The notes: generated from the sequence alone by a model not told the origin. A stretch of 64,000 nucleotides of DNA from Patescibacteria group bacterium (GCA_030272735.1 JARXKL010000001.1:75571-139570), one strand, 5' to 3'; counted from the first letter of the stretch, positions 42,527-52,139 are shown. Made by a program: numbers and translations.

Positions 42527-43957
42527 ATGGCCGGAGAAGCACGAGAAAAATGCGCAGTTGGGGGTATTATTTCTCGTGATGAAGAAGTAGAAGCTTCTGC
42601 ACTAATGTATGAGAGTTTGTTCTCTATGCAGCATCGCGGTGCTGAGGCGAGCGGCATAGCGAGTCAGTTAGATAACGGTAATATGGAGTCTAAACGGGAC
42701 CTCGGCCTCGTTCGAGATGTTTATCGCCCTGAAGATATACGCCGTCTTGCGGGCACAACAGCTATCGGACATAATCGTTATTCCACATCCGGAAATAAGT
42801 TTAAACACATGCAGCCATATGAGGACATGCCGCTTGGTCTTGCTTTTAGCCACAATGGTAATTTACCTGTTACTCAACAACTAGAAACGCATTTAGCTCA
42901 CCACAATATTCGCGTACAGCACTTTAATGACTCGGAAATGATGGGTCTGGCAATTGGAAAATATATCAGCGATGGTCGATCCCTCCCGGATGCAATTGAA
43001 TTATCATACCCACTCTTTAGAGGGGCCTTTTCATGTGTAGCTATGCAAGATGGAGTTATAGCTGCTTTCAGAGACAGTAAAGGAATTCGGCCGTTGGCTA
43101 TAGGTTCATTTGAAAATGGCTACGCTGTAACATCAGAGACCTGCGGTTTAGATATTATTGATGCTAAATACGAGAGAGAGGTTATGCCCGGTGAGCTCGT
43201 TATCATTACTAAAGATGGTATTGAGTCGCGGCAACTTGCAGAAGGTGAATCCAAGTTAGATATATTTGAATTCGTATATTTTGCTAGACATGATAGTTAT
43301 TTATACGGGCAACGCGTTAATGAAGTGCGACGCAGATTTGGCGAACAACTTGCGATAAGCCACCCTGCGCGCCCAGATAATGGCGATAACATTCTTGTAG
43401 TTCCTGTCCCAGACACTTCTGTACCAGTGGCAGAAGGTTACGCTGATTCATTAGGGCTTAGGCATGGACAATCAATTATTAAAAACCGCTACATAGGCCG
43501 TACATTCATGCAACCGTCGCAACAAGCTAGAAGACAGCAGCTCCGTCGGAAACACACTATGATAAGTGAGGCGGTAGAAGGCAAAGATTTAATACTGATT
43601 GATGACTCAATTGTCCGCCTAAACACAATTCCAGGTATTGTTGAGCAAGCACGAGAATGTAACGCTCGATCAATTACTGTACTCATTTCGTCACCACCAG
43701 TACGATATCCGGATTTTTATGGCATTGATACACCAGATCAAAGCGAATTAGCAGCAGCTCATCTTACGGTTGAGCAAATGCGAGACAAAGTTGATTGTGA
43801 TTACTTAGGCTTTTTATCGATTAGCGGGATGGTAGAAGCGACTCATATGCCTTACGACGCATTTAGTTTATCCTGTTTTAACGGAGAATATCCTGTAGGT
43901 ATAGGTAAGCGAAAAGACGGGCTCATAAAGCCTGTAAGCAACGAGTACACTGATTAG
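42527..43957 (+). CDS. purF: amidophosphoribosyltransferase
   Basis: Propeptide then catalytic Cys (EKCAVGGII), Ntn glutaminase domain, and PRTase motif LILIDDSIVR. Confidence 0.9.
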   Translation: MAGEAREKCAVGGIISRDEEVEASALMYESLFSMQHRGAEASGIASQLDNGNMESKRDLGLVRDVYRPEDIRRLAGTTAIGHNRYSTSGNKFKHMQPYEDMPLGLAFSHNGNLPVTQQLETHLAHHNIRVQHFNDSEMMGLAIGKYISDGRSLPDAIELSYPLFRGAFSCVAMQDGVIAAFRDSKGIRPLAIGSFENGYAVTSETCGLDIIDAKYEREVMPGELVIITKDGIESRQLAEGESKLDIFEFVYFARHDSYLYGQRVNEVRRRFGEQLAISHPARPDNGDNILVVPVPDTSVPVAEGYADSLGLRHGQSIIKNRYIGRTFMQPSQQARRQQLRRKHTMISEAVEGKDLILIDDSIVRLNTIPGIVEQARECNARSITVLISSPPVRYPDFYGIDTPDQSELAAAHLTVEQMRDKVDCDYLGFLSISGMVEATHMPYDAFSLSCFNGEYPVGIGKRKDGLIKPVSNEYTD

Positions 43958-44632
43958 TTATACGACAACGCGACGTGGCCGAAGTATGCGCTTTGCCCGC
44001 CCGTGGGGTACAATCATCTTCTTAAGTTTGTCTGCTATGAGGTCCGCTTCAGCCTCCATTCCATGGGTTTTGTAAGCTTTATGCAGTAGTGTATAGGTTT
44101 CTTTATTCGGCTCTAGCTCTGAAGCTTTTTCGAGTTCAATAAACATCATCTTGTCATTACCGAGTTTTTCTTGGACTTTAGCGTAGGCAACGTGACGAGC
44201 GGCAAGATTATCTTCGAGTTTCAAAGCTTGCTCAAAGGCAATTGCTGCTTTTTCGTAGTTTTCGGTTTCATAATATATGAGCCCTAGATTGTGGAGGCTT
44301 GATGCAGTAGCTTCAATGCTTGAGGCGATTTCGAAACAATCAATGGCATCTCGGTATTCCTTTTGTTTCGCATACAATATGCCTAAACGGTTGTAAGCTG
44401 CGGCATTCTTTTCATCAATTTTGAGTATTGTTAGTAATGCTTTTTCGGCACGTAAAAAACGATTTTCACGCATCCCCTGATGAGCGATGTCCCATAATTT
44501 ACCCATTTTATCGCCGACTTTTCGGCTGACATTAGCAAACTCGTCGTCGTGCACTTTTGCATTGTGGTAAGCCAAGCCGCCAAAAGCAGCTACAATGAGT
44601 AACTCATACATGCCTTCAAGTATAACAGACAC
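43958..44632 (-). CDS. membrane-anchored TPR repeat protein
   Basis: N-terminal TM plus at least 4 TPR-like repeats (AAYNRLGILYAKQKEYRDAIDCFE...). Confidence 0.75.
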   Translation of the reverse strand: MSVILEGMYELLIVAAFGGLAYHNAKVHDDEFANVSRKVGDKMGKLWDIAHQGMRENRFLRAEKALLTILKIDEKNAAAYNRLGILYAKQKEYRDAIDCFEIASSIEATASSLHNLGLIYYETENYEKAAIAFEQALKLEDNLAARHVAYAKVQEKLGNDKMMFIELEKASELEPNKETYTLLHKAYKTHGMEAEADLIADKLKKMIVPHGRAKRILRPRRVVV

Positions 44633-44636
44633 GCTG

Positions 44637-45488
44637 TTACAGACTAAGCATGAGCTTGGTGAGCGTCAATTTGGGCTGGGCACTCACGGCCAATTCAGTT
44701 GTAGCTTCAAAGCTTGCTGCCAGTACCTGACGCCACTGCTTCGCAGTCTCCTCGCCTGCAGATAGTAAACTCACATGCGCCATTTGCTGCATCATGAAAA
44801 GTACGTTACTAACTAACTCTTTATTCTTAGACAGCTCATCTATGTTGATCAGACGCTCATATGTTGATTTGCCGAGCAGCAATCTCGCCTTATCTAGTGC
44901 CGTCACAAGAGGATGGTCAGAATTTGTTAGAATAGCATGCATAAGACCAGGCAGCCCACCGGTCATCCCATAAGCTCGCTTTATTGCAAACGCTTCAAAG
45001 CCCTGCAGTTCAAAATGGCTCGTTAATTCTCCTAGAGAGGGACTGAGCAGATGTATCTGTTGTACACGGGATATAATAGTTGGCAGTAAGCTCTGAGGCT
45101 GGTTAGCGGTAAGTATAAGGATGGTGTCAGTTGGGGGCTCTTCGAGAGTCTTTAGCAGTGCATTTTGAGCTTCTGTTGTTAGCAGGCTGCCGTTTTCGAT
45201 AATGATTGCCCTATTTATTCCTCTGGAGAATGGAACTTTGAGGCGCAAGAACTTATCAATTTCTCGCACGGACTCGATACCAATTGAAGCGCCCTTGCCT
45301 GCTGTAATATACATAACGTTAGGATTAGTCTTAAACGAAGTTTCGACTTTCATCACCGATTGTACAAGTAGCTTAGCAAAGGCTGACTTACCGCCCCCAG
45401 CAGGTCCGCTCAAGAGGACCGCGTGGGAAGGGTTGGCTATAAAGTGATCCAGCTGCTGCCGAGTTTTGGGATGTATTACCAGCTGCAT
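44637..45488 (-). CDS. holB: DNA polymerase III subunit delta'
   Basis: AVLLSGPAGGGKS P-loop, LLKTLEEPP and SRVQ motifs. Confidence 0.8.
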   Translation of the reverse strand: MQLVIHPKTRQQLDHFIANPSHAVLLSGPAGGGKSAFAKLLVQSVMKVETSFKTNPNVMYITAGKGASIGIESVREIDKFLRLKVPFSRGINRAIIIENGSLLTTEAQNALLKTLEEPPTDTILILTANQPQSLLPTIISRVQQIHLLSPSLGELTSHFELQGFEAFAIKRAYGMTGGLPGLMHAILTNSDHPLVTALDKARLLLGKSTYERLINIDELSKNKELVSNVLFMMQQMAHVSLLSAGEETAKQWRQVLAASFEATTELAVSAQPKLTLTKLMLSL

Positions 45489-45489
45489 A

Positions 45490-46422
45490 CTATTTGCTCA
45501 GTAATTCTTTAAATGCGGTTGGTAACGGAGCTTCGAAAGTTACCCTCTTTCGACTAGGCAACGTGAGCTCAAGACTTTTGGCATGCAAGTACAGCCGAGG
45601 TGCTTTAGTGCCATTATAGAGCGTGTCGCCGACGATAGGGTGGCCTATTTCGTGGAGGTGAACACGTAACTGGTGGGTGCGACCTGTAGAGGGCTTCAAT
45701 TCAAGCAGCGATAGCGCGTCGCTAGTATCAAGCACCTGATATTGCGTAACTGCCGACTTACCATTGCTGCCTACTCTAAATGTTTGCGGCTTTTTGGGAT
45801 TGCGCTCTACTGGCATATCAATTATAGCTTCACCGTTTTGCATTCTTCCTGTAACAACAGCGATATATGACTTTTTTACTTTGCGCTGAGAGAACTGTTT
45901 TTGCAGCCAGCTTAAAGCTACTGGATTTTTAGCACAAATCATAACACCACTTGTTGCTCTGTCGAGGCGATGCACTATGCCTAAGCGATCATTAGACGGA
46001 ACATAAATATTAGGATTCAAAGCCGTTTCATGTGCATCGGACTGTGGCAGAAGTTTGGCAGGCTCGAAAGTATCGATATCCAGTCTAGGTCGTAACCATG
46101 TAGCCACAGTAGCCTCAGGATTAAACGCGCCTTTACTATGTGTCAGCATGCCAATCGGCTTAATAATGACAACACAGTCATCGTCTTCGTATACTATTGG
46201 CAGTTCGACTTCTGGAATGACAATTGTATGGAGCTCATCGAAATGAATTTCTACTACGTCTGCTGTACGTAATTTATAGCCGGATTTGCGCTGCGGATCA
46301 CCGCTTACTGTAACATGACCTTCTTCGATAAGTTTTGATGCAAAGGCGCGACTTACTGATGGCATTTGTCGCACTACATATTGATCAAGGCGCTCGATAA
46401 GCGGTGCAACTGACTCATCCAT
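45490..46422 (-). CDS. rluD: RluA/RluD-family 23S rRNA pseudouridine synthase
   Basis: S4 domain plus the catalytic HRLDRATSG motif. Start trimmed to MDESVAPL (ATG at 46422, directly after the trpS stop). Confidence 0.9.
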   Translation of the reverse strand: MDESVAPLIERLDQYVVRQMPSVSRAFASKLIEEGHVTVSGDPQRKSGYKLRTADVVEIHFDELHTIVIPEVELPIVYEDDDCVVIIKPIGMLTHSKGAFNPEATVATWLRPRLDIDTFEPAKLLPQSDAHETALNPNIYVPSNDRLGIVHRLDRATSGVMICAKNPVALSWLQKQFSQRKVKKSYIAVVTGRMQNGEAIIDMPVERNPKKPQTFRVGSNGKSAVTQYQVLDTSDALSLLELKPSTGRTHQLRVHLHEIGHPIVGDTLYNGTKAPRLYLHAKSLELTLPSRKRVTFEAPLPTAFKELLSK

Positions 46423-46423
46423 G

Positions 46424-47470
46424 TTACGGACGCAGCCCGACTGCTCGTTGCACTCGCAGCAGTGTATTTTGCGCTTGTACAGCCATTGCAGCCTCTGAAT
46501 CTGCAAGTTTATGCATAATAGCAGTATCGTCCACCGCTGCTAACTTAGTTTGGAAAGACGTCAAGAATTCAGTTACAACTGTAGTGACAGCTGTTTTAAG
46601 CGGGCCGTACTGTTCTTGTCCCTGGTATTCGGAGACTACATCGTGCACATCCTTCGCCTGCAAAAAGGCCATAAGCTCGAGCAGTGTTGCTATGCCGGGT
46701 TGCTCAACTTTATTGTATGCGATTGAACCAAGACTATCTGTGGTTGCTGACATGATCTTTTTGCTGGCTACGTCAGGACTATCCGTCAGGAATAGCACAC
46801 CTTTACCGCTTTCATCCGATTTACTCATTTTCTTGCCTGGGTCGCTTAAGTCTTTAACGCGTAAACCTTGGTCTTTGCCAAAGAATTCGTGTTGCGCTGT
46901 AACAGCTTCCGGCACTATGAATACATCACCGAAGCGGTTGTTCATGCGCTGTGCAATGTCACGAGTAAACTCTAGATGTTGCGATTGGTCATCGCCAACC
47001 GGAATATATTTTGCGCCATACAATAATATATCTGCTGCCATCAGGACGGGATAATTGAACAGTCCCACTGATGTCGAAGTTGATTCTTCAGTAAAGCTTG
47101 AGCTCTTCGACTTGTCTTTAAACTGCGTCATGCGTGACATTTCACCATATCCGGTGAAACAATCTAGTATCCAGGTAAGTTCGCTGTGTGCCGGTATGTA
47201 GCTTTGGCGGTAAATATGCACATTTGGATCTGATAGGGGTAAGCCGGCTGCTACAAATACGCGCAGGTTCTGCATGATGCTTTCCTGCAATGTCGCGTGG
47301 TTGATACGAGTGGTAAAGCTATGTAAATCGGGAACAAACAGATTGATCTGATACTCGTCAGCTCGCTGGTTAGCCATGTCGATAATTGGCAATAATCCAC
47401 CTAAATAGTTACCTATATGTAGATCGTTATTTGCGCGGAGGCCGGTCAATATTACAGGTTTTTGGTTCAT
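46424..47470 (-). CDS. trpS: tryptophan--tRNA ligase
   Basis: HIGNYLG (HIGH) and KMSKS motifs. Start trimmed to MNQKPVILTG (ATG at 47470, 4-nt overlap with the upstream gene). Confidence 0.95.
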   Translation of the reverse strand: MNQKPVILTGLRANNDLHIGNYLGGLLPIIDMANQRADEYQINLFVPDLHSFTTRINHATLQESIMQNLRVFVAAGLPLSDPNVHIYRQSYIPAHSELTWILDCFTGYGEMSRMTQFKDKSKSSSFTEESTSTSVGLFNYPVLMAADILLYGAKYIPVGDDQSQHLEFTRDIAQRMNNRFGDVFIVPEAVTAQHEFFGKDQGLRVKDLSDPGKKMSKSDESGKGVLFLTDSPDVASKKIMSATTDSLGSIAYNKVEQPGIATLLELMAFLQAKDVHDVVSEYQGQEQYGPLKTAVTTVVTEFLTSFQTKLAAVDDTAIMHKLADSEAAMAVQAQNTLLRVQRAVGLRP

Positions 47471-48564
47471 AAAATCGCTTCTTTCGTAATGTATGCTTTC
47501 AGTATAGTATAGAATTGCTCTAGAGAGGCAGCATCGACCCATTCATTCTCACCATGTAAGTCTCCACCAATAGGTCGAATCATCATCACAGGAATATTCT
47601 TTGCTGCAAAAAACCGAGCGTCCGAACTACCTCTTTCGCTGAGTTCGCCCAGTTCCTGACCTGTTATCTCTTGATAAGATGTTCTGAAGCGATCGATAGC
47701 GTTACTGTCATCCGCATTCGTGAAAGCCTCTGCCTGTCCTATAACTGTGACTGTAAGTCCATAACTCTCCGCCAACCTAGTAACTTCTTCCAACAATACT
47801 TTTGGTTCATCTTCAATTTGGAATCGGATATCAAGTGTTAGCTGCGCCATATGTGGTATCTGATTGATTGCCTCTCCACCCTTAAACTGCGTAATAACAT
47901 AGGTAGTATTGAATTCATCTTTATTCGGGTGTCGAGCAGTGATATCTGTGACAAAATTAGCTAAGGGGATGATTGGATTGTCTGCCTGTCGAGGACGAGA
48001 ACTATGCCCAGCCCTGCCAGATGACGCTATATTGAGTTGCATAACACCTTTTGAAGTGACGCAGGAGTGCGTGCTACTGCCGGCATCGGGGATAAAGCAT
48101 AGTTCGCACTCGTAATCTTTGACCAGCTCCCCTACTCCATAATAGCCACCAATTTCTTCATCACTGGTAAACATAAACCCCACGTCTAAGTTATGCAGCA
48201 AATTCTGTGAGTGTAATTCGCGCGCTAGGCAGAGATATATCGCCGCAGCAAAAAGCATGTCATACACACCTCGCCCATAGAGCTTGTTGCCGTCAATTCT
48301 CAGCGCAAACTGCTCTGTTTCTGCAGGTACTACATCCATATGAGCTTGTAACAAAACTTTGCTTTTGCGGACTGATTTTGTTCCACATACCAAATAGGGG
48401 TACTTATGATTCTTACCACTAACATATTTGATATCTAGAATGCCAATTTGTTTTTCTAGGTAATCAAATAGCAGCGTGGACTTTTGCTCTTCACCGGTTA
48501 CGGGCTCGAAAGCAACCAATATCGTTAGTTCCTTAATTAGTTCTTGCAAAATTCGCACTATCAA
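47467..48564 (-). CDS. M20 family metallopeptidase (ArgE/DapE-like)
   Basis: HMDVVPA and TSDEEIGG metal-binding motifs. Confidence 0.8.
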   Translation of the reverse strand: MIVRILQELIKELTILVAFEPVTGEEQKSTLLFDYLEKQIGILDIKYVSGKNHKYPYLVCGTKSVRKSKVLLQAHMDVVPAETEQFALRIDGNKLYGRGVYDMLFAAAIYLCLARELHSQNLLHNLDVGFMFTSDEEIGGYYGVGELVKDYECELCFIPDAGSSTHSCVTSKGVMQLNIASSGRAGHSSRPRQADNPIIPLANFVTDITARHPNKDEFNTTYVITQFKGGEAINQIPHMAQLTLDIRFQIEDEPKVLLEEVTRLAESYGLTVTVIGQAEAFTNADDSNAIDRFRTSYQEITGQELGELSERGSSDARFFAAKNIPVMMIRPIGGDLHGENEWVDAASLEQFYTILKAYITKEAIL

Positions 48565-49805
48565 TCGGCCTTTCGGCGCTTATGTAGAGCGTGAGCGAGC
48601 ATTCCGAGCATAACGTCCGTTTCATCGATACTAACGCATTCGTCTGTTATGCTTTGGCCGTACTTTAGTTCGCGAGATTTACCAGGAATCAGTTTTTGAT
48701 TACCCCCTAGCAAAAAACTTTCAATCATTACTCCCTTTATTGCTTGCTGGCCATCGTGTACCTGTCGTGCTACATCTGCAATAACTTTCTGTTGATTAGC
48801 TGCTTTTTTACGACTGTTACCATGAGACGCATCCACGATAATGGCTTGTAGCAACCCTTTCTGTCCTAGAACCTTTATAGCTCGGTTAATATGTTCGGCT
48901 TCGTAATTTGGACCGTCAGCATCTCCACGTAAAATGATGTGCGCACTATCATTGCCTGTTGTTTCGATCTGCTTAGTAGTGTTATTCATGCCTACTCCCA
49001 GGAAGGCGTGCGGTCCACGAGCAGTTACAACGGCTTCAGCGGCTGATAGAACGCTACGCTCACCTTCTGCTGTGTTTTTAAAGCCGACAGGCGAAGATGT
49101 GCCAGAACCGTATTCGCGCGCTTTCTGATCTGTTGTATTGCGCATGCCAATCGCGTCGTAAGCTACGAGTCCGTTTACGTACTGTGGTGTGAGTGCGTTT
49201 AAACGCTCCATTCCAGTAGGTACCCCGGTATTCACAATCTGGCTGGTAAGCATGCGAGTTGCTACTAATCCTAAATTGATATCGTCGGATTCGTCGAGTA
49301 AAGGGTCGTACACAAAACCCTTCCAGCCCAGCTCGGTTCGAGGTTTTTCCATGTAAGCGCGCATGATTATCTCAAGGTCATTGCCGTAAGATTCGCGCCA
49401 GGCAATGACGTGAGATGCATATTCTAGCGCTGCTTCAGGATCGTGTATTGAACAAGGTCCAACTATAACTACTAAGCGGTCGTCATCGCCATGCAAGATC
49501 GCTTCTATTGCTGCGCGTGCAATTCTTGTAGTCGCTGCACCTTCTTTAGTCACTGGAAGGGCTTCTGCTAAAGATTCAGGCGCAATCACGGTTTGCTTAC
49601 TTTCTATTCTAGTATCTATCAAATCTTGTGCGTGATCAGTATCAAGAGGCGCATAGCCTAATCGTTCACGGACGCCTGGTAAGCAATTCAGCCGCGCTTC
49701 ATGAGCTGCTTCCTCTACAACGTTCTCTACGACTAATAATTCATCGCGAACGCGAATCGATTCTTCTAGTATAGTGCTGTGATGTAACGCTGTTTCTGGG
49801 GACAT
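48561..49805 (-). CDS. aroG: 3-deoxy-7-phosphoheptulonate (DAHP) synthase, class I, with an N-terminal extension of about 55 aa
   Basis: GPCSIHD, EKPRTELGWKG and IVDASHGNS motifs. Confidence 0.9.
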   Translation of the reverse strand: MSPETALHHSTILEESIRVRDELLVVENVVEEAAHEARLNCLPGVRERLGYAPLDTDHAQDLIDTRIESKQTVIAPESLAEALPVTKEGAATTRIARAAIEAILHGDDDRLVVIVGPCSIHDPEAALEYASHVIAWRESYGNDLEIIMRAYMEKPRTELGWKGFVYDPLLDESDDINLGLVATRMLTSQIVNTGVPTGMERLNALTPQYVNGLVAYDAIGMRNTTDQKAREYGSGTSSPVGFKNTAEGERSVLSAAEAVVTARGPHAFLGVGMNNTTKQIETTGNDSAHIILRGDADGPNYEAEHINRAIKVLGQKGLLQAIIVDASHGNSRKKAANQQKVIADVARQVHDGQQAIKGVMIESFLLGGNQKLIPGKSRELKYGQSITDECVSIDETDVMLGMLAHALHKRRKAD

Positions 49806-49831
49806 ACTATTCTCGTTTCATATATTGTTAT

Positions 49832-49855
49832 AAAAAAACCGCCTCATTGGCGGTT
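49832..49855 (-). terminator. attenuator terminator in the aroG leader
   Basis: Minus strand: AACCGCC-AAUGA-GGCGGUU-UUUUU, 26 nt upstream of the aroG ATG. Confidence 0.6.
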
Positions 49856-49876
49856 ATGTGTGATTGCTGGTAGTGC

Positions 49877-49954
49877 TTATGCAGATACAGCGAGATAACC
49901 GCTTGGATAATACGGTGTAAACCAATATGCGCAGTTTTGCTGGTTGCTTGACAT
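49877..49954 (-). CDS. candidate 25-codon aromatic-rich leader peptide (MSSNQQNCAYWFTPYYPSGYLAVSA)
   Basis: Own translation. The ATG begins 8 nt after the -10 hexamer (leaderless). Tyr-Trp-Phe at codons 10-12, Tyr-Tyr at 15-16, Tyr at 20. The antiterminator 5' arm lies in codons 18-20. Confidence 0.5.
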   Translation of the reverse strand: MSSNQQNCAYWFTPYYPSGYLAVSA

Positions 49955-49961
49955 AAGGGCT

Positions 49962-49990
49962 AATATACACCCTGTACTAAATCATGTCAA
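49962..49990 (-). promoter_or_regulatory. near-consensus sigma70-type promoter of the aroG operon leader
   Basis: Minus strand: TTGACA - 17 nt - TATATT. Confidence 0.6.
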
Positions 49991-49994
49991 TTTA

Positions 49995-50732
49995 CTAAAT
50001 AATACCGAGACTGTATTCAATTACTGTGGCAACGTGTCCATGATTAGTAACCTGAACAGCTGGGGCAAGATTAACGTCCCACATTGCCCGCACAAGTTCC
50101 TGGCCAGACTCGTATGGTATATACTTGTCGCGCTGTGCGAGGACTACCGAAAGGTTATGGCCCACTAATGCTTCGACGTGTTTGGCGGGAGCAAGATTTG
50201 ACCATGCCCCATCATTTAATGCTTTGACTGTGTAGCCTTTCTCTTTATACCCATCACTCATTCGCTGAGTTCGTTGACCGTTCATAAACGGCCACGCTAG
50301 GGTCGCACCGGGCACTACCATAGCTACATTATTGAACAACTGTGTTCTTGCTGTAACTAAGCTCAACGCAACATTTCCTAAGCTAAAACCAACAAGATTG
50401 ATATTTTTAAAATCAGCTTGTTGTTTATCAATTTCCGCAGCAATGACATCAGCTGTATATTCGAAAGAATCTGCAACCATCTGTGCGTTATACGAAAGCA
50501 TTCTATGGTCGAAGTTATAGAGCATAGAGCTGCTCTTGTTGAATGCGAGTCTTGCTTGCAAGATTTTTGAAAGTGAGTTAGAGGCGTGCCATGGAGGAAA
50601 AACAATTGTTAAGGTGTTGCTATTTTTAACATCACACGATATGACCTCAACGATTGAGTCTTGAGGTTCGAAGCCTGGCATATGCTCGGGTTCGTAACGT
50701 TGAAATGCTTTAGATAGTACTGTATCAATCAT
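49995..50732 (-). CDS. alpha/beta-hydrolase-like protein
   Basis: 245 aa with GFSLGN (GxSxG) nucleophile elbow. C-terminal His candidates. Confidence 0.6.
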   Translation of the reverse strand: MIDTVLSKAFQRYEPEHMPGFEPQDSIVEVISCDVKNSNTLTIVFPPWHASNSLSKILQARLAFNKSSSMLYNFDHRMLSYNAQMVADSFEYTADVIAAEIDKQQADFKNINLVGFSLGNVALSLVTARTQLFNNVAMVVPGATLAWPFMNGQRTQRMSDGYKEKGYTVKALNDGAWSNLAPAKHVEALVGHNLSVVLAQRDKYIPYESGQELVRAMWDVNLAPAVQVTNHGHVATVIEYSLGII

Positions 50733-50794
50733 GTAATATCTCGGACCGAATTACTAGAACTTTACTCTCGGAGTTACAAATGAATTTACGAGTA

Positions 50795-51193
50795 TTAACG
50801 CTTAGTAAATTGGCGTTGTTTGCGAGCGCCTTTGAGGCCGAACTTCTTTCGTTCACGTTCGCGTGCATCGCGAGTAAGAAGGTCAGCGCGCTTGAGGGTG
50901 CTCTTGAGATTTTCGTCCATTACGACGAGTGCCTTCGAGATACCTAAACGGATTGCTTCAACCTGACCTTCGTGGCCGCCACCTGATACCACTACGGTAA
51001 CATCGAACTTGCCGGTATTATCGAGAGCTACAAATGGTTGGTCCAGCTTAGCTAGGAGGTATTTGCTGTCAGCAAAATATTCGCTGGCTGGTTGACCGTT
51101 AATGGTCACATTGCCTTTGCCGCCCATAAGGCGCACGCGAGCTGTTGCACTCTTGCGGCGACCTAAAGCGTAGAAATAACTGTCTTTAGCCAT
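50795..51193 (-). CDS. rpsI: 30S ribosomal protein S9
   Basis: C-terminal RKKFGLKGARKQRQFTKR and the conserved core. Follows rplM. Confidence 0.97.
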   Translation of the reverse strand: MAKDSYFYALGRRKSATARVRLMGGKGNVTINGQPASEYFADSKYLLAKLDQPFVALDNTGKFDVTVVVSGGGHEGQVEAIRLGISKALVVMDENLKSTLKRADLLTRDARERERKKFGLKGARKQRQFTKR

Positions 51194-51633
51194 TATTTAA
51201 TATCCTTAAGTGTTATTGTAATAGGCTTTTGGGCTGCATGCTTGTGTTCAGCATCTGGGTAAACTTTAAGGCGAAGTAAGCGGTCATCGCGCAACTTGTT
51301 AACTGGTAACATACCTCGCACAGCTTTGGTGATGGCAAATATTGGATCTTTGATCATTTTGTCATCGAAGCTCGTAGAGGTTAAGCCACTCGGGTGGCCG
51401 CTATGCTTGTGGTAGATCTTTTTCTGACCTTTATCGCCGGTTACAAACGTGTTCTGAGCATTAATGATGATGACAAAATCGCCTACATCGATGTGCTTCG
51501 TGAACATTGGCTTGTTCTTTCCGGTGAGGAGTTTAGAGACCTGCGTTGCTACACGGCCAAGTGGTGCTTCTCCAGCATCTACGACATACCATTGGCGAGT
51601 TACATCGGTTGGTTTAGCGCTAAAGGTTTTCAT
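51193..51633 (-). CDS. rplM: 50S ribosomal protein L13
   Basis: WYVVDA...LGR.A..V...L.GK motif. Confidence 0.97.
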   Translation of the reverse strand: MKTFSAKPTDVTRQWYVVDAGEAPLGRVATQVSKLLTGKNKPMFTKHIDVGDFVIIINAQNTFVTGDKGQKKIYHKHSGHPSGLTSTSFDDKMIKDPIFAITKAVRGMLPVNKLRDDRLLRLKVYPDAEHKHAAQKPITITLKDIK

Positions 51634-52139
51634 TATTTAGCCTCCTTGGCAGCTGGCTTTGTAGCCGCAGGCTTCTTGGCTGCTGGTTTCTTAAGGGTTT
51701 CTACGATTTCACCTTCAGTTACAGTAGCTGAAGATGCTGCTGCAGCTGTAGTAGCAGCGCGAGCAACCGGTGCCGAACCTAAGTCGTCGACAAAACTTAC
51801 GCGAGCTAGCTGGGCGTTGTCGCCGCGGCGCATGCTCGTCTTAACGATACGTAAGTGACCGCTACTGCGCGCACCGAGCTTTGGTGCAATCTCGTCGACG
51901 AGTTTGTGGGCGCTGGCTATGGTTTGCAAGCTGGCGACGATCTGTCGGCGATTATGTAAGTCACCTTTTTTAGCTTTGGTAATGAGTTTCTCTACATATG
52001 GCACTATTTCTTTGGCTTTAGGAAGAGTAGTTTCAATAGACTCGTACTTTACAAGCGAATCAGCCAGCCCCTTAATCAACGCGCGACGCTGATCACGTTC
52101 TCTATGAAATTTACGTCCTTGATATCCGTGACGATGCAT
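51633..52139 (-). CDS. rplQ: 50S ribosomal protein L17 (Ala/Lys-rich C-terminal tail)
   Basis: MHRHGYQGRKFHR.RDQRRAL core. Tail KKPAAKKPAATKPAAKEAK. Confidence 0.95.
   Translation of the reverse strand: MHRHGYQGRKFHRERDQRRALIKGLADSLVKYESIETTLPKAKEIVPYVEKLITKAKKGDLHNRRQIVASLQTIASAHKLVDEIAPKLGARSSGHLRIVKTSMRRGDNAQLARVSFVDDLGSAPVARAATTAAAASSATVTEGEIVETLKKPAAKKPAATKPAAKEAK

Noticed and set aside
49806-49990. T-box riboswitch (tRNA-Trp sensing) as the explanation for the aroG/trpS leader
   Set aside because: The leader is only about 125 nt. It has no Stem I/specifier architecture and no T-box consensus (AAxxGGGUGGUACCGCG); UUGGUUUACACCG is only a vague resemblance. The aromatic-rich mini-ORF overlapping the antiterminator arm fits a leader-peptide mechanism better.
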